In this document: positions 1 to 6,812 of the stretch, piece by piece
How the letters are laid out: each line of letters starts with the position of its first letter
Numbering within the stretch: position 1 is the stretch's first letter
Source: an uncultured Pirellulales bacterium
GTDB taxonomy: Bacteria; Planctomycetota; Phycisphaerae; Sedimentisphaerales; Anaerobacaceae
Direction: 5' to 3'
Assembly: GCA_964546095.1 (NCBI GenBank)
Contig: CAZJIR010000001.1
Location: 1 to 31,256, forward strand
DNA length: 31,256 nt
Translations under genes and position numbers: made by a program
Notes under the pieces: model-generated
Told to the model about the DNA's origin: nothing
Databases searched by the model: none
What the model saw: only the letters and a program-made list of their open reading frames with translations

Positions 1-136
1 GTTTTGCTGAGGGAGTTGCCGTCCGTAACGCCTTCTGTCGTAATATCCTCGCTTGTTTGTTAGCAGAATTAGCCTGTATTAAAGCAACAATGACGGATGC
101 AATAGCAGTAATCACCGCCGTAATGATGGATTCCAT
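1..136 (-). CDS. Hypothetical membrane-anchored protein, 5' part only (runs off the window edge); not in the ORF track
   Basis: Minus-strand ATG at 136 with AAAAGGAG Shine-Dalgarno 5 nt upstream; reads MESIITAVITAIASVIVALIQANSANKQARILRQKALRTATPSAK with no stop to the window edge; hydrophobic N-terminus. Confidence 0.7.
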   Translation of the reverse strand, partial: MESIITAVITAIASVIVALIQANSANKQARILRQKALRTATPSAK

Positions 137-222
137 TGCTACTCCTTTTATTAACTAGCAGGTTGATTAATCATTATCCAATACATCTTTTATGAAGGTA
201 GATTATATTTCTTTATGGAAAC

Positions 223-351
223 CTAACTATGTATATATGGTTTCCATATAAGGATATTATCAGCATGGGCTAAAACCCATCCTGCCTTCAAAATTAACGT
301 CCGCGCGATGAGATAATATTACGGTGGAAGAAGGGAGAAGGCAAGGGAAAA
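223..351 (-). other. Promoter + hairpin + attI-like element, copy 1
   Basis: TTGCCT (344-339)-N17-TAATAT (321-316); ends in GGAAACCATATATACATAGTTAGGT, containing a perfect GTTRRRY; about 98 of 124 aligned positions identical to 5256-5389. Confidence 0.6.
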
Positions 352-352
352 T

Positions 353-379
353 TTAGTTGATTAGTGAATTAGAGATTAG
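353..379. repeat. Short tandem 7-8-mer array (TTAGTTGA/TTAGTGAA/TTAGAGA/TTAG)
   Basis: Read directly from the sequence. Confidence 0.7.
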
Positions 380-633
380 GCCCCGGTGAGATAAGCATTG
401 CTATCTCACGGGGTAAACTGTGGCTTGCGGATAGTTAAACGACCCCGCGCTTACACTTGGGGCTCTGTTCGTGAAAAATTCAACGACGCAAACTCTTTGT
501 GGAATTTTCGCGCAGCTTTGTTCCGTCGGAGCCGGATAAACTCCGCAGTAAATAACCCCTTAATAAATGAAGGCACAGTCAAAAAATCCCGCAGTAAAAT
601 GGGTGGCTAAATATTTTTTAGTGTTTTATGGGA

Positions 634-1032
634 TTAATACAGGTATTCAGATGCAAGGCGTGTCAAATTGAACCAATAGAGAACGAGTACGGTCAGCGAA
701 ACAGCTATGCCGCCTGCGGCCAAGATTATGCCCCATAGTCTGCTGTGGCTTCGGAGCATTCTTATAAGGGCCACGATACCGGCCGCAAGTGAACCTGTCG
801 GCAGGATGATACAAAGGCTGTGCACGAGTCTATACATTGGTGTCTCGGCTATGAGGCAAACAGGTAGGCTTTGTATGGTCTCGATTCTGTGGATTGACAG
901 TATTACAGCGAGAATTGCCAAAAGGCTTAAAATAAATGATGCTATCGCCAAGGCGCTTGTTTGCGGCTTTTGGCGTTGTTTATTGTTATCTGTATTGTTC
1001 ACACTTTCATCAACCGCATATCTGGCTTTCAT
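634..1032 (-). CDS. Small membrane protein, DUF4190-like
   Basis: 132 aa, three hydrophobic segments; TSALAIASFILSLL and GIVALIRM...LWGIILAAGGIAVS resemble the DUF4190 pattern; own promoter upstream. Confidence 0.7.
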   Translation of the reverse strand: MKARYAVDESVNNTDNNKQRQKPQTSALAIASFILSLLAILAVILSIHRIETIQSLPVCLIAETPMYRLVHSLCIILPTGSLAAGIVALIRMLRSHSRLWGIILAAGGIAVSLTVLVLYWFNLTRLASEYLY

Positions 1033-1060
1033 TTGACTGGTATAGTAATTACTACTGTTA

Positions 1061-1089
1061 AATCTACTTGATGTTCAGGATGAAGGCAA
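1061..1089 (-). promoter_or_regulatory. sigma70-type promoter for the 634-1032 gene
   Basis: TTGCCT-N17-TAGATT on the minus strand, about 30 nt upstream of the ATG. Confidence 0.55.
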
Positions 1090-1130
1090 GAATTGAGTGA
1101 CAGTGAGATAAATATAATTGTCTCGTGGGA

Positions 1131-1238
1131 TGAAAATGAAGAATTGAGAATGAAGAATTGAGAATTTGAGATTGTCAGGACGGAAAATTTAGGCACACAA
1201 AATCTCCATGGGATGTTTCGTGAATCGTGATTCGTGAG
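1131..1238. repeat. Heptamer tandem arrays (GAATTGA/GAATGAA units at 1131-1174; TCGTGAA/TCGTGAT units at 1218-1238)
   Basis: Read directly from the sequence. Confidence 0.75.
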
Positions 1239-1326
1239 TTAATGATAACTAATATTCAATTGTAAGCGGTGTTATACCATAAAATTCGGGATTTTTCAAG
1301 AGAATTTTTGGCAGGCAAGTGGGGCA

Positions 1327-1355
1327 TTGACGAAAACAGGCTGGGCTGATACAAT
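1327..1355 (+). promoter_or_regulatory. sigma70 promoter for tRNA-His and the downstream genes
   Basis: TTGACG-N17-TACAAT with a TGn extended -10. Confidence 0.7.
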
Positions 1356-1389
1356 TGGCTCTTCGGTCAGGCTGTGCCTGGACAGTTAT

Positions 1390-1464
1390 GGTGAAAGTAG
1401 CTCAGTTGGTTAGAGCACTGGATTGTGGATCCAGGGGTCGGGGGTTCGAGTCCCCTCTTTCACC
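1390..1464 (+). tRNA. tRNA-His (GTG)
   Basis: Acceptor stem GTGAAAG/CTTTCAC with G-1 opposite C73; anticodon stem CTGGA/TCCAG with loop TTGTGGA; GGTTCGAGTCC T-arm; CCA not encoded. Confidence 0.97.
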
Positions 1465-1539
1465 CTTTTTGATAACCCGCGTTATCGTCCTTTTGTCGTG
1501 TGCCTTTCTGTATGGCTGTCTGAAAAGGAGGAAGCGAAA

Positions 1540-2874
1540 ATGAAGAAACTCACAAACGGCTCGAAACACTTTGTAATTATTGCTTCTGTAGTTGTTATCG
1601 TTTGTGCGGGGTATGCGCAGGGTGCGATGGATGTATCGAATCAGCCGCCAGCCCGCCGCGTCGCGTCGAGGCCAGAGGGATTTGTGTCGCTGTTTAACGG
1701 CAGGGACCTTACCGGCTGGAAGGGATTGGTGGGCGACCCGAAGAGTCGGGATAAGATGAGCCGGGAAGAATTAGCCAAAGCGCAGGCGAAAGCGGATGAG
1801 GACATGCGGGCGCACTGGAAGGTGGCCGATGGCGTGCTTTGCTTCGACGGCAAAGGGTTTCAAAGCCTGTGCACGGCGCAAGACTATGGCGATTTCGAGA
1901 TGTTAGTGGACTGGAAGATTGAAGAAGGCGGGGACAGCGGGATTTATCTGCGGGGCTCGCCGCAGGTGCAGATTTGGGATTCGCAGGATAGAGAAATCGG
2001 CTCGGGCGGATTGTTTAATAATAAGAAAGGGCCGGACAAGCCGTCGAAGGTTGCCGACAGGCCGGTCGGGCAGTGGAACACGTTCAGGATTGTTATGATA
2101 GGCGAGCTGGTGACGGTGTATCTTAACGATGTGCCGGTGGTCGATAATGTTGTGTTAGAGAATTACTGGGAGCGTGATAAGCCGATATATCCGACCGGCC
2201 AGATAGAGCTTCAGGCACATAACAGCCCGCTGTATTTCAGGAATATATTTATTCGTGAGATAACCAACAGGCTTACGGAGCAGGAAAAGGCCGGGGGCTT
2301 CAAACTACTGTTTAACGGTAAGGACCTGGCGGGATGGACGGGCAGTACGAAAGGTTACATGGTCGAGGATGGCAGGATTATTTTAAAGCCCGAACACGAG
2401 GGTGGTAACCTGTTCACAGCGGACGAATACGGCGATTTTATTTTTCGCTTCGAGTTCAAACTTACGCCGGGCGCTAATAACGGCCTTGCGATTCGTTCCC
2501 CTCTTTCCGGTGACCCAGCGTATATGGGGATGGAAATTCAAATCTTAGACAACACCTCGGAAAAATATGGAAATCTTAAGCCCTATCAGTTTCACGGTTC
2601 TATTTACGGCGTTGTGCCGGCCAATCGCGGTTATCTTAAACCTGTGGGGCAGTGGAATTTTGAAGAGGTTATCGCCAAAGGCAATCGTATTACGGTTAAG
2701 CTTAACGGTACGACTATCGTTGATGCGGACATAGAAAAGGCAAGCACGCCCAAGACAATTGATGGAAGAGAGCATCCGGGGCTGAAGCGGAGCAAAGGGC
2801 ATATCGGCTTTTGCGGGCATAGTGACAGTGACTATATAGAGTTTCGGAGCATAAGAATCAAGGCTCTTGATTAG
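1540..2874 (+). CDS. Secreted tandem DUF1080 protein (3-keto-disaccharide hydrolase / 3-ketoglycal hydratase family)
   Basis: Signal peptide; two domains each starting GF.xLFNG(R/K)DLxGW, with NSG-like SGIYLR/NNGLAIR and GQWN motifs. Start moved to ATG 1540 (AAGGAGG upstream) because the track start at 1423 lies inside the tRNA. Confidence 0.88.
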   Translation: MKKLTNGSKHFVIIASVVVIVCAGYAQGAMDVSNQPPARRVASRPEGFVSLFNGRDLTGWKGLVGDPKSRDKMSREELAKAQAKADEDMRAHWKVADGVLCFDGKGFQSLCTAQDYGDFEMLVDWKIEEGGDSGIYLRGSPQVQIWDSQDREIGSGGLFNNKKGPDKPSKVADRPVGQWNTFRIVMIGELVTVYLNDVPVVDNVVLENYWERDKPIYPTGQIELQAHNSPLYFRNIFIREITNRLTEQEKAGGFKLLFNGKDLAGWTGSTKGYMVEDGRIILKPEHEGGNLFTADEYGDFIFRFEFKLTPGANNGLAIRSPLSGDPAYMGMEIQILDNTSEKYGNLKPYQFHGSIYGVVPANRGYLKPVGQWNFEEVIAKGNRITVKLNGTTIVDADIEKASTPKTIDGREHPGLKRSKGHIGFCGHSDSDYIEFRSIRIKALD

Positions 2875-2908
2875 GTAACAATGACTGATAAAAAATAAAA
2901 AGGGAAAA

Positions 2909-4189
2909 ATGATGAAGTGCAGAAAAGGTAAAGTGACTCGACGACAGTTTTTGAAAGGCTCGGCGGCGGCCGCGGGGGCAGTGATAGCCTGGCCGACAAT
3001 CGTTCCTTCTTCGGTGTTCGGTGCAGGTGCGCCCAGTAATCGTATTACGATGGGCTGCATCGGTACAGGGAACCAGGGCATGGGAAATATGAAAGGATTT
3101 AATGCCAAGTCCGACTGTGAGGTGGTGGCGATATGCGAGGTCGATGCTGGCTACATGGAGAAAGCCCGCGAGGCAATCGGCCTTGGTAGAAATTCCTGCT
3201 ATGGTGACTTTCGCGAGCTGCTGGCGCGTGGTGATATCGATGCTGTAACAATTACCGCGCCCGACCATTGGCACGTGTCGATGTCGGTCGCGGCGGTTCG
3301 GGCGGGCAAGGACGTGTATTGCGAAAAGCCGCTTACGCTGACTATAGGCGGGGGACGTGTACTTGCCGATGAGGTGAAGCGGTATGGGCGGGTTTTTCAG
3401 ACCGGCTCTCAGCAGCGTTCGAGCAGCGAGTTTCGGCAGGCGTGCGAGCTGGTTCGCAACGGCCGAATCGGGGAGCTGCGTACTATAAGAGTTGGAATTC
3501 ATGGTAATAACCGTACGTGCCCGCCGACGTGGAGTCCTGAGCCGGTGCCGGAAGGGTTTGATTATGATATGTGGCTGGGGCCTGCGCCGTGGGAGCCTTA
3601 TACGACACAGCGATGTCACTACCAGTTTCGTTTCATTCTGGATTATTCCGGCGGTCAGATGACCAACTGGGGCGCTCATTTTCTCGATATCGCGCAGTGG
3701 GGTAAAGGGGCCGATGATACGGGGCCGGTTGAAATTGTCGGGCGGGGTGATTTCCCGAAGACCGGATTGTTTACAACCGCCCAGAACGAAAATATCGAGT
3801 ACACATACGCGGACGGCGTGAAATTATTCCTTAAAAGCAGTAGTGGGCATACACGTTTCGAGGGAAGCGAGGGATGGGTCGATGTGTCACGTGCTAAAAT
3901 CGATGCAGAGCCGAAGTCGCTTTTGACGGCGAAAATCAAGCCGGATGAAATGCACCTGTATAACAGCAATGACCATAAGCAGAACTTTCTGGATTGTATT
4001 AAGAGCCGGAAGGACACAATTTGTACGGCGGAGATTGGGCATCGTTCGGCAAGCGTTTGTCATCTGGGTAATATTGCGATGCTGCTGGGCCGGAAATTAA
4101 AGTGGGACCCGAAGAAAGAACGCTTTATCAACGACTCGGCGGCCAATAATATGCTTACTCGCAGCCTGCGTGCGCCGTGGAGACTTTGA
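2909..4189 (+). CDS. Tat-exported Gfo/Idh/MocA family oxidoreductase
   Basis: TRRQFLKG twin-arginine signal; IGTGNQG nucleotide-binding motif; TAPDHWH, YCEKP, QTGSQQRS and NWGAH motifs. Confidence 0.92.
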   Translation: MMKCRKGKVTRRQFLKGSAAAAGAVIAWPTIVPSSVFGAGAPSNRITMGCIGTGNQGMGNMKGFNAKSDCEVVAICEVDAGYMEKAREAIGLGRNSCYGDFRELLARGDIDAVTITAPDHWHVSMSVAAVRAGKDVYCEKPLTLTIGGGRVLADEVKRYGRVFQTGSQQRSSSEFRQACELVRNGRIGELRTIRVGIHGNNRTCPPTWSPEPVPEGFDYDMWLGPAPWEPYTTQRCHYQFRFILDYSGGQMTNWGAHFLDIAQWGKGADDTGPVEIVGRGDFPKTGLFTTAQNENIEYTYADGVKLFLKSSSGHTRFEGSEGWVDVSRAKIDAEPKSLLTAKIKPDEMHLYNSNDHKQNFLDCIKSRKDTICTAEIGHRSASVCHLGNIAMLLGRKLKWDPKKERFINDSAANNMLTRSLRAPWRL

Positions 4190-4203
4190 AAAATAAAAAG
4201 TTC

Positions 4204-4239
4204 AAATGTAAAATGCAAAATTGAGGAATCGCTGCGCGA
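4204..4239 (+). repeat. 36-bp dispersed repeat, copy 1 (AAATGTAAAATGCAAAATTGAGGAATCGCTGCGCGA)
   Basis: 35/36 identical to 6414-6449. Confidence 0.85.
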
Positions 4240-4252
4240 AAGCTTTTTAAAC

Positions 4253-4670
4253 AGATTTCTCGACAAGCTCGAAATGACATTTTCGTATATCCCTTCGACT
4301 ACGCTCCCGCCTTCGCTAAAGCTTCCACCTTCGCTTACGCTTCCGCCTTCGCTTACGCTACGGCGAGACGAGACGGCGAGATAAAACGGTGAGACAGGCA
4401 GGGCAGGCTAAGGAAGCGCATCTGGCACAGAAGCCAGATTTCTCCACTGCGTTCGCTTCCCCTTCGACTGCGCTCAGGGCTAAAGGCTATTTACGGTCCG
4501 CCTTGGGCGTGCTTAAGGCAGAAATGACGATGAGGAGAGATTGCCACATCGCGATGATGGATAGGATTTAGAATCGGTGGGGGCCGGCTTCGCTATAGCT
4601 TCCGCCGAGCCAAGCAAGCCGCCACCCTACTAAAGTTAGATGATTTTTTCCATTCGCTTCGCTCATTCAG
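4253..4670. repeat. Mosaic of REP-like palindromic repeats, including 3 x 18-bp tandem units at 4307-4360
   Basis: AGATTTCTC...GAAATGAC twice; CCCTTCGACT(A/G)CGCTC twice; CC(G/A)CCTTCGCT(A/T)A(A/C)GCT three times; GTGGGGGCCGGCTT...AAGCCGCCACCCTAC inverted pair. Confidence 0.75.
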
Positions 4671-4714
4671 TGGCTGCCATCCCTCGTAGTCTTCTGGGGG
4701 GGTAATTATGAAAC

Positions 4715-4740
4715 TTCTAACATAAAGCGAGTTGTTAGAA
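4715..4740 (-). other. Short attC-like inverted repeat (TTCTAAC-N12-GTTAGAA)
   Basis: Perfect 7-bp inverted repeat starting 2 nt after the stop codon of the 4743-5231 gene; R''/R'-like but without L boxes. Confidence 0.45.
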
Positions 4741-4742
4741 AA

Positions 4743-5231
4743 TTACGTTAAGATTTTATCTTTTTTTAATTTCCAAACATATACGCATACTGCAATGCTA
4801 ATCGCATAACCGATGCATGCCCCAATTAGTGCCCCGATTATACTAGCCACCTGGATTATTAAATTCCCTTCGATTGGTCCGCCCACTCCCATGGCCTGAA
4901 GCCAACCTTTTGTTGAAATACGCCAGATTGTGTATAATGTACCTATTGTTAGTCCGCCAGCGAATAAATATAAAGCTGTTTTTCGTAACAGGAATAGTGA
5001 TATTGCTCCGGCTAAATTAATTCCCATTAAAAGAACAGTATAACCATAGTCAAAAGTTGTAAGATTATTGAAATATGCTTCTTGTCCTGCAGTTAGAGGA
5101 AAGATGTTACGGAAAATAAAAAAAAGGCCAAATGAAAGGATAGTTAAGGGAAATGAAATTAAATAAAATATTGATATAACCCAAACTAAAACAGGCCGGT
5201 TTTTCTTCGCGCTTAAATTGTTCGTCTCCAT
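4743..5231 (-). CDS. Hypothetical integral membrane protein, AT-rich and cassette-like
   Basis: 162 aa, about 4 hydrophobic helices; AAGGAAG upstream of the ATG; visibly lower GC than neighbouring genes. Confidence 0.85.
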   Translation of the reverse strand: METNNLSAKKNRPVLVWVISIFYLISFPLTILSFGLFFIFRNIFPLTAGQEAYFNNLTTFDYGYTVLLMGINLAGAISLFLLRKTALYLFAGGLTIGTLYTIWRISTKGWLQAMGVGGPIEGNLIIQVASIIGALIGACIGYAISIAVCVYVWKLKKDKILT

Positions 5232-5253
5232 TGATCTTCCTTTATTTTTTCAC

Positions 5254-5389
5254 CTCTAACTATGTTTATATGGTTTCCGGATAAAACTATTGTCAACATG
5301 AGCGGCAGAGTTGCCCATACTACCTTAAAAATAAACGTCCGCACGACAATGAAATATTACGGTGTAAAAGTGGGAAATGCAAGGGAAAA
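5254..5389 (-). other. Promoter + hairpin + attI-like element, copy 2
   Basis: TTGCAT (5382-5377)-N17-TAATAT (5359-5354); ends in GGAAACCATATAAACATAGTTAGAG; homologous to 223-351. Confidence 0.6.
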
Positions 5390-5392
5390 AAG

Positions 5393-5436
5393 TAAGACAC
5401 AAGACTTTAGACGCAAGACCATAGACAAAAGACAAT
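5393..5436. repeat. Heptamer tandem array (xxAGACx units)
   Basis: TAAGACA CAAGACT TTAGACG CAAGACC ATAGACA AAAGACA read directly. Confidence 0.8.
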
Positions 5437-5598
5437 AATCTTCATAGGAAAAAATGCGGAGGGAAATTAGGCAAGTTGTGCTAAATAGCACACCATACAT
5501 GGCTTGAAATCCAGTTTCGGCACTTTTATTGTTTGATTTTAGCGGTAGTTATAGATTAAATTGCTCTATCTATGGCAAGCAATTTAAGGAGCTGAAAA

Positions 5599-6399
5599 AT
5601 GAAGGCTAAACTTGTAGTTGTCGGTGCGGCCGGTCGCATGGGCAGGCGCATCGTTGCATTGGCGGTCGAATCGGGCGAATTCGATATCATCGGGGCGGTG
5701 GAAAAACAAGGTCATCCTGATATCGGTAAAGATGCCGGCCTTATCGCGGGAGTGGGAGCTATCAATATTGAATTGGCTGATGTTTTCACTGCCGGTGGCG
5801 ATGTAGCGATTGATTTTTCGCTGCCTGAATCGATTGATAAAACTGTTGATTATTGTCTTGAGAACAAGGCCGCTCTGGTATCGGGCACTACAGGTTTAAA
5901 TGAGAAGCAGCGCGAAAAGATAGAAGCGGCATCGGAGAAAACTCCCATTATATACGGCACCAATATGAGCGTTGGGATGAATGTTCTGTTTAACCTCGTC
6001 GGGAAAGTCACGACGATGCTCGGCGATGAGTATGATATAGAGATAATCGAACAGCATCATCGCTTCAAAAAAGATGCACCCAGCGGGAGCGCTCTTACGT
6101 TAGCTGAGAATATTTGTGAGGCAACCGGCAGGGAGATAAATGAATCTCTTACTCACGGCAGGAGCGGCAGAGATACGCTGCGGCAAAAAGGCGCTATCGG
6201 CATGCACGCGGTTCGGGCCGGTGATATTGTCGGCGTTCATTCGGTTATCTTCGGAACGCTCGGCGAGACGGTGACACTTAATCATACCGCAAACAGCAGG
6301 GACACATTCGTCAGAGGGGCGTTAAGGGCGGCGAAGTGGCTCGTCGGCAAAGAGCCAGGCCTGTATTCAATGACCGATGTGATGGGAATTGAAAAATAG
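5599..6399 (+). CDS. dapB: 4-hydroxy-tetrahydrodipicolinate reductase
   Basis: GAAGRMG, DFS, VSGTTG, NMSVG, EQHHRFKKDAPSGSA and HAVRAGDIVGVH motifs. Confidence 0.97.
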   Translation: MKAKLVVVGAAGRMGRRIVALAVESGEFDIIGAVEKQGHPDIGKDAGLIAGVGAINIELADVFTAGGDVAIDFSLPESIDKTVDYCLENKAALVSGTTGLNEKQREKIEAASEKTPIIYGTNMSVGMNVLFNLVGKVTTMLGDEYDIEIIEQHHRFKKDAPSGSALTLAENICEATGREINESLTHGRSGRDTLRQKGAIGMHAVRAGDIVGVHSVIFGTLGETVTLNHTANSRDTFVRGALRAAKWLVGKEPGLYSMTDVMGIEK

Positions 6400-6413
6400 C
6401 GAAATAAAAATAA

Positions 6414-6487
6414 AAATGTAAAATGCAAAATTGTGGAATCGCTGCGCGATTTTATTTCGTATCTCGTAATTCGTGAAGCGTATCTCG
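6414..6487 (+). repeat. 36-bp dispersed repeat, copy 2 (6414-6449), followed by a TCGT-heptamer array
   Basis: 35/36 identical to 4204-4239, then TCGTATC TCGTAAT TCGTGAA GCGTATC TCG. Confidence 0.8.
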
Positions 6488-6719
6488 GCTGTTGAATGTT
6501 GTTCGTTTCTGGTGCTGCCGGAGGCCAGCATGAGGAACATACAGCTGCCTTATAGGCAGGTAAATATTCGCAGTCCTGTAAGAAACGCAGTAAATAAAAA
6601 TAGTACCGAACCGCAGGCAGCACAATGGGATACTCTCCACAGGACGCCCAATGGCGGATTCTGGATTCTCGATGCGCGAACTTAGTCTGTTGTGCGTTTT
6701 ATTTTCCATCAGTGTCTGC

Positions 6720-6744
6720 GTGTGCAACAAGTTGCACACCCTAC
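6720..6744 (-). repeat. GTAG-type REP-like palindrome
   Basis: Minus strand GTAGG-GTGTGCAAC-TT-GTTGCACAC, a perfect 9-bp inverted repeat after a GTAG tetranucleotide. Confidence 0.6.
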
Positions 6745-6812
6745 GCGCTGATGTTTTTAGCAGAACATGTTGACTAATGCCACAGTCGGGATAACAGTAA
6801 CAGACATTTTTC

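Noticed and set aside
398-610. 70-aa ORF and a GGCTCTGTTC stretch resembling an IS end
   Set aside because: No matching inverted end, no transposase motif, and a weak TTG start.
1390-1464. tRNA-His or tRNA-Arg as an integration site for an island or prophage
   Set aside because: No integrase, no duplicated tRNA 3' end of convincing length, and chromosomal genes follow both tRNAs directly.
4307-4360. Three 18-bp direct repeats as a CRISPR array
   Set aside because: Units are contiguous with no spacers, too short, and there are no cas genes.
4715-4742. dif/Xer site: TTATGTTAGAA matches the E. coli XerD arm at 9/11
   Set aside because: The opposite arm is 2 nt too close for an 11-6-11 layout and does not resemble an XerC arm; kept only as an alternative to the attC reading.
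6452-6739. ORFs 6452-6739 (-) and 6473-6685 (+) between dapB and araA
   Set aside because: They run through heptamer and REP repeats, overlap each other, and show no recognisable motif or RBS.
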